From positions 224,001 through 288,000 of IMG/VR virus record IMGVR_UViG_3300045988_174371: 64,000 nt of DNA; one strand, 5' to 3'. Below the pieces are notes generated by a model. It ran no database searches and was not told the origin of the DNA. It saw only the letters and a list, made by a program, of their open reading frames with translations. This document shows positions 16,824 to 25,574 of this stretch, piece after piece. Within the stretch, counting starts at the first letter, position 1. The number at the start of each line of letters is the position of its first letter. This DNA is from a virus. The translations under genes and the position numbers were made by a program.

Positions 16824-19535
16824 TTAAGCGACTCGGGTATGACCCCAATCGAAAGAACCCTCACCAAACATTCTCACCAAAGCGCTCTTAGTAGCGTTCA
16901 CAAAAGGAACATGGATAGGAACCTCCACATAGCCCATCATGTCCGCCAAATCGTCCATAGAAGCGCTAGAAGCTTCTAGCGGGGCAACTGGAACGTCAGC
17001 CCATGAACGCCCCTCAGAAGGGGCTTCAGTCGCCGCATAAGCGAACTTACTCGGCAAATCGACACCATACCCCAGTTTGGACGAGTCATACACCGCCACT
17101 TTAAGCGGCACCCTCCGCGTCGTGTCAGCCACAGCCAACCCGCCAACAGCAGACTGAACCATGCCCACAGCTTCCTCCAAGGAGCCACCGCGTGAGATGT
17201 CTACTCGAAGCCTAGCGCACATCTCACCTGATGCGGAAAGCGGAACCTGCCGAGTGTTCAAGATGTTCAGGTATGGTGGACGGTAGCTAACCTCCCCCTC
17301 ATCATTAACAATCTTCCGGGCGGGCGTGTAATTCACATGCAGGGAATACACCTGATAAGGCTCTAGTTTAGGGCTAGACCTAACCGACGCAGAGGTTACC
17401 CTGGCAACATCTGCCGCATCAGCATGAACACCTTGCAGAAAGGCGTTCTTCACATTCTGCTCAGAGACCCACAAATCCTCGCGCGTAAGCAAACTGTTAG
17501 ACACATACCCAGCGATAGTACCAGTACCGTCATCTAGCGTTGCCAGAACCTTGCGTCCAAACTTCTTATGCGTCTTATCTTCTAGTGCTACAATCGCCGC
17601 CATAACAACAGCACCCTTTACAGGGTGCTCAGAGGACAATAGCTCACCAACAGTACAAGCACGCATCACCGGAACACGCGGAGGAATTGAAGCCATCGGG
17701 TGACCAGTCATATACTGACCAGCTACCTCAGCCTCATACCTCAGCCTCTCAACCAAGGGATAATCCTCCACAGAGAGAGAAACGTCATCCGGTAGCGACT
17801 CCCCCGTAACCAGCTCAGCATCAGCCGACAGCGCGACCCCCGAATCTTTAGCCGCCTTCAATGCCTGACGTTTAAGCTTAGCCCGCTCTTTACGTAGCAA
17901 ATCCAAGTAGCCAGGGATAGCTTCAAGAACCGCCTTGCGGGAGACACCAAACACATCAAATGCGCCCGCCTTCGCCAAGCCTTCATAGGTAGTCTTAGTG
18001 ACCTTACCGGCATTAAACGTGCGAACAACAAAGTCCTTCACGCCGCGATAAAGTCCGCCACGCTCACGCTCAGACACGATAACCTCAGCATCCTTCGACC
18101 CTACACCCTTGAGCATAGAGAACCCGAAAGCGAGATTACCCTCACCGTTCAACCCAATGTCAGCACTGGAGAAATTCACGTCAGGAACATCCAAACGCAC
18201 CCCGCGCCGCCGAGCGTCCTCAATAAGCTCCTGAACCTTGTCTCGACCTGCTGACCCCATCGTAACCTTACGGGCAATAGCCGCCGCATAGAACTCCGCA
18301 GGATAATGCGCCTTCATATACAAGGCAAGATAAGCCATCGCCGCATACGCATCCGAGTGCGATTTATTGAAGCCATACTCTGCAAAGCCAACAATCCTAT
18401 CCCACAACGTCTGCATCGCCTCACGGCTGAAGCCATTAGATGCGCCGCCTGAGATGAAACGCTCAGCATATGCCAGCATCAAGTCGTGCTTCTTCTTGCC
18501 AATCGCTCGACGCAAATCATCGCCCTCTTGGGGAGTCATCCCAGCAATCAGAGAAGCAATAGACATCACCTGCTCCTGATAGACCAGAAGACCGCTCGTA
18601 TCTGCAAGAATGTCATCAAGAGCCGAACCTACGAAGTCAGGGTGAATTGGCTTCACTTCCTCACGACCAGCTCGACGCTCCACATACTGAATATGACTAC
18701 CAGCACTCATAGGCCCTGGACGATACAGCGCCGTAATAGCCGAAATGTCACCCAGCGTGCTAGGGGCGAACTTCGTGAAAAGGTCAGCAACAGCAGAATT
18801 ACCTAGCTGGAAGATACCAACCGTATCACCCTTACCCAGCAGACGGAACGTCTCAGCATCATCAAAGCGGCTTTCTCGAACCATCTTCCTGAAGTCAGGG
18901 ACATCTTTCCCCGCCTGGACTGCTAGACGTGCCGCATCACACAGAATATCAACAGTATCCAGCCCCAAAAAGTCGAACTTAATAAGCCCCATGCTTTCGC
19001 ACGCACCATACTCAAACCCCGCAACAACAGACCCATCCTTCGCCGTATCAACGGGAACATGATGATGCAGAGGGCTTGACGAGATAAGCAATCCGCAAGC
19101 ATGAACACCACGACCACGGATGCGACCTTCAAGGGCTTTCGCGCAAGCGATTGGCTTCTCCCAGAACGGCGTGTCTACAGCCTCACGGAAACGTGCAGAG
19201 CCAGCATACTCTTCACTATCAGGGTCATAGACCTTAGCGAAAGTAATTCCGAGGCTATCCGGCAAGAGACTTGTCACGTAGTTCGCCTGAGCGGGAGGCA
19301 CCCCGTAGACACGCGCACCGTCTTTAATCGACGCGCGCGTCTTGAGCATCTGATTAGTTGGCAACCTTGCAGAATGGTCAGCCCCATATAGCTGAGCAAC
19401 ATGCTCAAACGCGGCATCTCTATGCGCAGTATGAAAGTCAGTGTCAATATCCGGTGGAGAACCAGGGTGTACAACCTTATTGCTCGTGACGCGAACGTAC
19501 ACCTTGCCCTCAACAACTCTTTTCTCTACACCCAC
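16824..19535 (-). CDS. dnaE: DNA polymerase III alpha subunit, C-terminal fragment (catalytic palm Asp pair, thumb, fingers, C-terminal domains)
   Basis: After a 27-aa non-DnaE head (MGVEKRVVEGKVYVRVTSNKVVHPGS) come PPDIDTDFH, GLIKFDFLGL, ALYRPGPM and FNKSHSDAYAAMAYLALYMKAHYP. GTG start 2 nt after the dnaX-like stop, with GGGAGG upstream. Confidence 0.9.
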   Translation of the reverse strand: MGVEKRVVEGKVYVRVTSNKVVHPGSPPDIDTDFHTAHRDAAFEHVAQLYGADHSARLPTNQMLKTRASIKDGARVYGVPPAQANYVTSLLPDSLGITFAKVYDPDSEEYAGSARFREAVDTPFWEKPIACAKALEGRIRGRGVHACGLLISSSPLHHHVPVDTAKDGSVVAGFEYGACESMGLIKFDFLGLDTVDILCDAARLAVQAGKDVPDFRKMVRESRFDDAETFRLLGKGDTVGIFQLGNSAVADLFTKFAPSTLGDISAITALYRPGPMSAGSHIQYVERRAGREEVKPIHPDFVGSALDDILADTSGLLVYQEQVMSIASLIAGMTPQEGDDLRRAIGKKKHDLMLAYAERFISGGASNGFSREAMQTLWDRIVGFAEYGFNKSHSDAYAAMAYLALYMKAHYPAEFYAAAIARKVTMGSAGRDKVQELIEDARRRGVRLDVPDVNFSSADIGLNGEGNLAFGFSMLKGVGSKDAEVIVSERERGGLYRGVKDFVVRTFNAGKVTKTTYEGLAKAGAFDVFGVSRKAVLEAIPGYLDLLRKERAKLKRQALKAAKDSGVALSADAELVTGESLPDDVSLSVEDYPLVERLRYEAEVAGQYMTGHPMASIPPRVPVMRACTVGELLSSEHPVKGAVVMAAIVALEDKTHKKFGRKVLATLDDGTGTIAGYVSNSLLTREDLWVSEQNVKNAFLQGVHADAADVARVTSASVRSSPKLEPYQVYSLHVNYTPARKIVNDEGEVSYRPPYLNILNTRQVPLSASGEMCARLRVDISRGGSLEEAVGMVQSAVGGLAVADTTRRVPLKVAVYDSSKLGYGVDLPSKFAYAATEAPSEGRSWADVPVAPLEASSASMDDLADMMGYVEVPIHVPFVNATKSALVRMFGEGSFDWGHTRVA

Positions 19536-19537
19536 AA

Positions 19538-20827
19538 TTAGCCTCCCTGAGGTGCCTTAGTCTGACTCTGCTTAGCCGTAATGACCGAGCGCATACGCAT
19601 AGTCACATCAATCCACAGAATCTCAAAGATAATGTTCTCGTCACTGGTATTCCAGAATCCCTGGAAAGACCTCTCCAGAGTCTTTAGGAGCTTCATCGCC
19701 ATATCTGGCGGCAAATGACGGCGCATCTCCTGCAATCCAATGTCCTGTTTAGGCAAGTCAGCAAACGGCAAATCCGCGTTGCTGACCGTTGCCCCGTAAA
19801 CCCAGGTGATGTAATGGCGAAGCTGACCCATAACCTCCTCCGTGCCATCACGCAAGGATGCCTCATGCTCCTTCGCGTCCTCCAGAGCCTCGTGGATACG
19901 AATAATATCGCCGTAAATTAGGCACCTCAACAGGCTAGTAGCCGTCGATTCGGTACCACTGTACATGTCTGGGTTGCGCAGGTACTCTTCAAGCTTCTTG
20001 AGCGCGCCACGTGCAGAGCCCTTTGCCGCCCTAGCGCACCATGCCGCGCCCGAGTCAGAGATTTCTTTATGCTCGCGCGCCGCAATGTCACGAACATACT
20101 TCTCCAAAGTAGCTACAGGGATATTCTTAAGCTTATACTCCTGAACTCGCGTAAGAATCTCATCCTTGATGCCGTTCATCTTCGTAGTGCAGAAAAAGAT
20201 GGGCACATAGTCGGCGCTATCCTTATTCTCCAGGTACGGCAAGAAAGCGTTCCATGCAGGCTCAGACAGCGCATGACACTCATCAATGATGATGAACGGA
20301 GCTTTCTGCATCTGCTTAACTGAACCGTTACTGACGATACGTCTAGTATCTTCCACACCACTCTTAAGTGCGGCAACGAAATGGTTCATACCACCATTGG
20401 CGGAGGCATCGAAAGCAAGGCACGCATCACAGGTCAAGCAAGGGTCTGCCGAGTCAGCAGGGCGACCCGTGCAGTTCATAGCCTTAGTGAAGACCTTCAC
20501 AATACTAGACTTACCCACGCCAGGCTTACCGCGAAGCAAACGCCCCTGAACGCGGCGATTCTTAATGATGTCCTCCTTCAGCTGGGCAATAATCTCTTCC
20601 TGCCCAACAAAGTCACCCCATACTCGCGGCTGGTACTTACGGTGGAACTCAACGTATTCCTCATCGCCCTCCTGAGGCTCTTCTGCCTCATCGGTAGGTT
20701 CTAGTACCTCAGCATCAGAAACCGTCTCGTCGCTAAAGGGCTCAATCGCGCCACCAGGGTCGCCCACAGACTCCAAAGGCAACGTCTCTTCCCCTAGGGG
20801 CAAAGTGTCATGCATCTCTTCAGTCAT
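19538..20827 (-). CDS. dnaX: Clamp-loader AAA+ ATPase (DnaX tau/gamma-like) with an acidic N-terminal extension
   Basis: Walker A GKPGVGKSS, Zn module CLTCDAC, Walker B FIIIDECHAL, sensor-1/SRC region FFCTTKMNGIKDEILTRVQEY. Confidence 0.8.
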   Translation of the reverse strand: MTEEMHDTLPLGEETLPLESVGDPGGAIEPFSDETVSDAEVLEPTDEAEEPQEGDEEYVEFHRKYQPRVWGDFVGQEEIIAQLKEDIIKNRRVQGRLLRGKPGVGKSSIVKVFTKAMNCTGRPADSADPCLTCDACLAFDASANGGMNHFVAALKSGVEDTRRIVSNGSVKQMQKAPFIIIDECHALSEPAWNAFLPYLENKDSADYVPIFFCTTKMNGIKDEILTRVQEYKLKNIPVATLEKYVRDIAAREHKEISDSGAAWCARAAKGSARGALKKLEEYLRNPDMYSGTESTATSLLRCLIYGDIIRIHEALEDAKEHEASLRDGTEEVMGQLRHYITWVYGATVSNADLPFADLPKQDIGLQEMRRHLPPDMAMKLLKTLERSFQGFWNTSDENIIFEILWIDVTMRMRSVITAKQSQTKAPQGG

Positions 20828-20842
20828 AACCTATCTTCCTCA

Positions 20843-22345
20843 CTAATCCAAAGTCTCACTAATAACGTCACCTAGTGTCGTACCGGGCTCTAGGAGAACC
20901 CAATCGCCGGGAAGTACCTGGTGAACATACTTCTCCAACTCTGCGCCGCCATCCGTCAGTACTTTAACTTTCTCGGAGACAGGCAAAACGGCAGAGCTTT
21001 CATCTCCAAACCTCAGCTCTGCCTGGTCTACACGACCTGCTGAGATGAAACGTTCAAAGAACAAGCCGAACTCGATAGGGTCAATGTCAGTAATGCCCAG
21101 CAGATAAGCGACGATAGAGCCTCCAGCAGAGCCACGAGCGATACCTACCGCACTCATCACAATCTCATCAGCCGCATTACGGACACTGAACGATTCACGG
21201 AACCAATTCACGTATTCAGCCACGATAACCATGTAGCCACAATAGTTTGCTGAGGCTAGGGCATCAAGCTCTTTCTTTGCACGCTCCAACACCAGAGAGT
21301 ACTTATCCTTGTCATGGTGAAACTGCTCATAAGCGAGCGACGTAACCGTCCTACGCAAGTAGCTTTCCTCAGTCTCGTCCGCCGGAATGAGTGGCACAGG
21401 ACGCAAATCAGACCTGTACTCAAACAGCGAGAATCCTTGCACCTTGCCCGCAAGCTCAGCTGTATTAGTTACTGCACCTGGGTACTCCGTATCCGGGAAA
21501 AGACGCATCATCTCGTCTGCGCTCTTGAGGTAGTACTGGTCGCCGTCAAAGCAAAACCTGCGACCACCCTGTTCCTTCGGCAAGTCATTCATTGTTGAGC
21601 CTGTACCGATAGCAAGCATCTCCTCATGGTGGGGTGCATCCTGAGGCAATGCATAATGGCAATCGTTAGTTGCCAGTAGGCGCAACCCCAAATCCTTAGC
21701 GAGTGCGACCTGCTTCACCAGCAGGGACCGCTCCAAATCTGAAGACATCGAATGGTTCATAACCTCTACGAAGACGTTCTCGACACCGTAAATGTCGATA
21801 AGAGTCTGCGCATAGGAATAAGCCTCAGCATCCTGCCCCAAACGGAAACGGGTAGAAATCTCACCAGAGGGACATCCAGTAGATACCACAATGCCCGACG
21901 AATATTCCCTCATCATCTCCAAATCGATACGGGGGTACCCGCCGCGCTTATGCTCAGGGGAAGCCGCCAACATCTGCAACGTAAACATATTACGCAGACC
22001 CTCATCATTGACAGCCCACATCGTCAAATGCAGATAGTTACCCCTGCCAGACACATCCCCAACAGCCCCAGGCGCACCGTAAAAAACGGGAGTCTTCACT
22101 TTAGCACCCTCAGGGTTAATCGGTGCGACGTAGAACTCACAACCTGGTACGGGGGTGACACCAGCCTTTTGGCAACCCGTCACAAGTTCATAGATGCCGT
22201 GCATGTTGCCGTGGTCAGTGATACCCAGAGCAGTCTGACCTGCATCAACTGCACGCTGAATGTACTCGCTGACACTAGAGAAGCCGTCTAGCGTGGAGTA
22301 TGTTGAGTGCGTATGAAGGTTTACGAAAGATTCAGGGGAAACCAA
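20843..22345 (-). CDS. dnaE: DNA polymerase III alpha subunit, N-terminal fragment (PHP domain and start of palm)
   Basis: VNLHTHSTYSTLDGF, LGITDHGNMHG and GSAGGSIVAYLLGITDIDPIEFGLFFERFISAGR, followed by a 62-aa non-DnaE tail ending ISETLD. TTG start with GAGGAA upstream. Confidence 0.9.
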   Translation of the reverse strand: MVSPESFVNLHTHSTYSTLDGFSSVSEYIQRAVDAGQTALGITDHGNMHGIYELVTGCQKAGVTPVPGCEFYVAPINPEGAKVKTPVFYGAPGAVGDVSGRGNYLHLTMWAVNDEGLRNMFTLQMLAASPEHKRGGYPRIDLEMMREYSSGIVVSTGCPSGEISTRFRLGQDAEAYSYAQTLIDIYGVENVFVEVMNHSMSSDLERSLLVKQVALAKDLGLRLLATNDCHYALPQDAPHHEEMLAIGTGSTMNDLPKEQGGRRFCFDGDQYYLKSADEMMRLFPDTEYPGAVTNTAELAGKVQGFSLFEYRSDLRPVPLIPADETEESYLRRTVTSLAYEQFHHDKDKYSLVLERAKKELDALASANYCGYMVIVAEYVNWFRESFSVRNAADEIVMSAVGIARGSAGGSIVAYLLGITDIDPIEFGLFFERFISAGRVDQAELRFGDESSAVLPVSEKVKVLTDGGAELEKYVHQVLPGDWVLLEPGTTLGDVISETLD

Positions 22346-22375
22346 TGGTTCTTATTCCTCAATTAGTCAGGTAGC

Positions 22376-22421
22376 AACGTGAGGGCACGCTCCAAAAGAT
22401 GATGGAACGTGCCCTCACGTT
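22376..22421 (-). promoter_or_regulatory. 5'-UTR stem-loop upstream of the dnaE N-fragment
   Basis: 14-bp perfect arms aacgtgagggcacg (22376-22389) and cgtgccctcacgtt (22408-22421). No U-tract follows on the minus strand. It lies between the -10 candidate at 22483-22493 and the start codon. Confidence 0.45.
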
Positions 22422-22482
22422 ATTCACTACTTAATCACTTAACACTAGAAGCAAGGAGGTACCGTGTCTTCCAACATTAGCC

Positions 22483-22493
22483 ATAATAGCACA
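22483..22493 (-). promoter_or_regulatory. Extended -10 promoter candidate (TGTGCTATTAT)
   Basis: The minus strand reads caTGTGCTATTATgg, 34 nt downstream of the preceding stop codon. Same motif class as the pspA, recA and hup candidates. Confidence 0.4.
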
Positions 22494-22526
22494 TGCCTGT
22501 GGTGCGGCACCAAGGCAATAGGGGTA

Positions 22527-23756
22527 TTAAATTTTGGTTCGACGCAACCGAGTCTGAGTCTTCTCATCAAGCTTCGGCTTCACCTGGTAGATTCTCTCTG
22601 CCATTTGAACAAGGGGAAGAGCCTTTGCAGACTTACCCACTGCGCTACCATTAACGATACCAACATCAAGATAGCGAGTAGGATTACCTTGAGCATCGAG
22701 AGGGGAATCTGGCATCGCCAGCGTAATGTTACGCTTGTCTGCGGGGCATGTGTTACCTACATCCATTAGGATAGGGATAACGCCAGGCGGTGTGCGGGAG
22801 ATGACCTTATCGAAGAGCCACGGCTCAACAGGTTTCCCTGCATAGGTAAGTCGTCGAGACTTTACCTTATCCCCAAAAAGACCGACCTTTTCTTCCAATA
22901 CGAAGGATGTTTCCATCTTTACGGGGAAGAATAGGTATGCCCTCTGCCCTACCACGAAGACCGGCGCCGGAGCGCCATTGCGAGGCGCAGTATAGGGGTA
23001 GTAGTACCATTCAGAGTCGTACTTATTCTTATGCTCCTCATTTAGGAGCGCGGCTTCTTCCTTGACTTTCTTCTCCAAATGCTTAGGCTGTACGAACACT
23101 GGCATCTTCGCGCGCCAGTAGAACATCTTAACGCCGTAGCGATACCACAAAGAAGAAATGCCCACAGAGAGAAGCATTAGAACGCCGCCACCAAGAGCTG
23201 GGTTTAGCGTAGAAGCCGTCGTGATAACGCCAGCAGTAGTAGCGAGAACGGTCACCCACGGCTGATGCGTCCAACGGGACACCCCATAAACTCCGAACAA
23301 GGAGATGGTGTATGAAATTCCTAGAGCCAGCAGTGGGGAGAAACCTGCGAAGAACTCCCAGCCGCTATACGGCGAAGCGAAAACCGCCACATCATGCATC
23401 GTCACCATACAATAACCAACAATGGTTAATGTCACAAGAACTTTAATGATGACGACGGAACGGCTCAGCACGAACAGGAACCCGGCAGACACCACGAGCC
23501 AGACCCACGGAGCCCACCAAGACAACCCCTGAATACGGGATGAGACAATAGAGAGGAAGAGCGTAATCGAAACAGCGGGAAGTGCGAATCGCCCATACGA
23601 GCCTTCCAGGAACTCTACAAGCCACTTACTGAGCCTGCGGAACGCTGAAATGCACCTGTCTCTAAATGTCTTCTTCACCCCATCGCTGGAACTTTCAACC
23701 GTATCACCTGTAGAAATGTCCACAAGGGATTCCTCAGCATTAGCTTTCTTCTTCAT
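22527..23756 (-). CDS. Multi-pass membrane protein with a soluble C-terminal domain
   Basis: About 6 hydrophobic segments in the first 200 aa, then a roughly 190-aa soluble domain. Its start overlaps the MazG-like stop by 17 nt. Confidence 0.5.
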   Translation of the reverse strand: MKKKANAEESLVDISTGDTVESSSDGVKKTFRDRCISAFRRLSKWLVEFLEGSYGRFALPAVSITLFLSIVSSRIQGLSWWAPWVWLVVSAGFLFVLSRSVVIIKVLVTLTIVGYCMVTMHDVAVFASPYSGWEFFAGFSPLLALGISYTISLFGVYGVSRWTHQPWVTVLATTAGVITTASTLNPALGGGVLMLLSVGISSLWYRYGVKMFYWRAKMPVFVQPKHLEKKVKEEAALLNEEHKNKYDSEWYYYPYTAPRNGAPAPVFVVGQRAYLFFPVKMETSFVLEEKVGLFGDKVKSRRLTYAGKPVEPWLFDKVISRTPPGVIPILMDVGNTCPADKRNITLAMPDSPLDAQGNPTRYLDVGIVNGSAVGKSAKALPLVQMAERIYQVKPKLDEKTQTRLRRTKI

Positions 23757-24498
23757 TCGTCACCCAGCTTCCCATATGCTTAGTCTTGCCACCTTCAAGT
23801 ACCGGAGCAAGATTCGGAGGGACGAAGTTCTCGCCTTTAAGAATTTTTCCATCCTCACGGTAGATAGGCTTGCCGTCAGCCCCCAACTTCGTCATATTAG
23901 ACGCATGGATTTCCTGGTTCACATGCTCCAACGGTACACCCATAGCAACAAACGTGCCGGTGTTAATGTACCGGATGTCACCCAGCGCATCAAGGATAGC
24001 CAGCTTATCTACAGGAAGCTCATCAAGGGGCTTCGCGCCAACGATAGCGTTCAACGCCGCCTTGAAAATCATAAACGCTGGCATCAAAGCAGACTTAACA
24101 GCCTCCTTATTCTGCACATCACTGGACTCAGCCGCAACATCCAGCACCACGTCGAGAAGAGGGACGACAGACTTCAATGCGCTTTCAAGAGACTCTCTGT
24201 TGATGGAAAGCTCCTCAAGAGACTTCGCCTGAACAATAAAATCAAGGCAAGCCTCAAAAAGCAGAGCCATCGGATTGCCGAAAATACCTTCAGTTAGTTC
24301 CCCAGACTCCTCACCATGCAAGGTGTAGCGGCGAACTAGTTCACGCTTGCCCTCGACGCTTTCCAAATCGATAGGGTTAGTGAACCCATTCTGATGCCCG
24401 AACGTATCATGAAACTGGCGCAATGCGCGAGACTCATACTCTTCACTAGGGTGAATCTTCGGGGGAAGCGCGGGAATTTCGAACTTAGACATATTCAT
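23740..24498 (-). CDS. All-alpha NTP pyrophosphohydrolase (MazG/DR2231-like)
   Basis: HGEESGELTEG, ALGDIRYINTGTFVAMGVPLEHVNQEIHASNMTK and GKILKGENFVPPNL match the E..E / D...Y / H.SNM.K / GK..K....PP pattern of the DR2231-type MazG family, as recalled. Confidence 0.55.
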   Translation of the reverse strand: MNMSKFEIPALPPKIHPSEEYESRALRQFHDTFGHQNGFTNPIDLESVEGKRELVRRYTLHGEESGELTEGIFGNPMALLFEACLDFIVQAKSLEELSINRESLESALKSVVPLLDVVLDVAAESSDVQNKEAVKSALMPAFMIFKAALNAIVGAKPLDELPVDKLAILDALGDIRYINTGTFVAMGVPLEHVNQEIHASNMTKLGADGKPIYREDGKILKGENFVPPNLAPVLEGGKTKHMGSWVTNEEES

Positions 24499-24649
24499 GT
24501 CTCCTTCTAGTAACGTGATAGATGTTTTGCGCCGCGCACAAAGAAGAATGTAGCGTCTTCCCTGTGCGCGGCAAAAAGAAGCTAATGAGGGATGCGAGTC
24601 CCCTGTTAGCCATATCTCAATTATGAGCTAGTACCAGCTTACCACTACT

Positions 24650-25537
24650 CTAGCTAAACTGCTCAGTGGAGAAGAACTCCACATTCTTAGCCTGGCTAAA
24701 CTCGTCAGGCAATGAAAGCACACGCGGAACAACGAAGGTCTCAGAGCCGTCAGTTGCGCTTACCGCAACGTCCTTAGAGTCATTGCGTACATGCCAGTGA
24801 CCATGAACAAGTACGCGCGGCTTCGCGGCAACAACCGCATCTGCAATATTAGCGCGGCTCCGCTCCGCTCGGGCAAGCACTCTAGCCGGAACATTACTCA
24901 GGGAGCTCTGTACGCGGCTCTGGGGCACTGGCGCAGTCGGCGGCGCATCATGTGTCAGCATCATATCAACGACCCCTCCAAGGCGCTCTACGCCGCCCTT
25001 AACTCGCTGAACATCTTCAGTGGTGACCTGCTCGTTGATAGACCAATAACGGCGCATCTGCTCAAACTCAATATTGATACTTCCAGCGCCACCACAAGCC
25101 AAGAAGCTCATGCCTCGCTTACCGCCAGCGGTACCTAGGCGGGCAGTAGCGCCTCGCGTCGCCCAAACCACACGGGGAGTGATGAAGACAAAGCCGTCCT
25201 CATTCGCGGTATCGCGCAAATCATTTAGACCTGCGCGAGTCAAGACAGCATCGCTAGAATATGCTGGGGTTCCAGAGGAAGCATACTGCTCATGATTACC
25301 ATCAATGAAGAGCACAAAATAATCATGTAACTTAGCACGATTCGTAATCATAGAAACATACTCTTCATACCCAGGCAATGACGGGTAGTAGCCAAAATCA
25401 CCCACATGCAGAATGACATCCACGCCCTTACTCTCCACGTAGGTAAGCACCTTATTCACGCGCTCCGTATTCATATGCCAGTCTCCGGCAACAGCAACGG
25501 TCTTAGCATTAGCTAGATGCTCATAGAAATTCTCCAT
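24650..25537 (-). CDS. Calcineurin-like metallophosphoesterase
   Basis: VAVAGDWHMN, ILHVGDFGY, FIDGNHE and VLVHGHWH. ATG 25537 (GGAGAA 5 nt upstream) is preferred over the track start at 25549. Confidence 0.8.
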   Translation of the reverse strand: MENFYEHLANAKTVAVAGDWHMNTERVNKVLTYVESKGVDVILHVGDFGYYPSLPGYEEYVSMITNRAKLHDYFVLFIDGNHEQYASSGTPAYSSDAVLTRAGLNDLRDTANEDGFVFITPRVVWATRGATARLGTAGGKRGMSFLACGGAGSINIEFEQMRRYWSINEQVTTEDVQRVKGGVERLGGVVDMMLTHDAPPTAPVPQSRVQSSLSNVPARVLARAERSRANIADAVVAAKPRVLVHGHWHVRNDSKDVAVSATDGSETFVVPRVLSLPDEFSQAKNVEFFSTEQFS

Positions 25538-25574
25538 ACATTTCTCCATTCAAATAGTAGGTTCACGCATCCCC

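Noticed and set aside
19440-21030. Canonical split intein at the dnaE break
   Set aside because: The N-tail does not start with Cys/Ser/Thr and lacks a TxxH block. The C-head does not end in HN followed by Cys/Ser/Thr. The combined length of about 89 aa is too short for a Hint domain. A degenerate Hint-derived assembly module remains possible and is kept as a hypothesis in the dnaE finding.
24521-24580. Terminator call for the gccgcgcaca/tgtgcgcggc hairpin
   Set aside because: The T-run precedes the stem rather than following it on the minus strand. It is treated instead as a 5'-UTR structure of the MazG-like gene.
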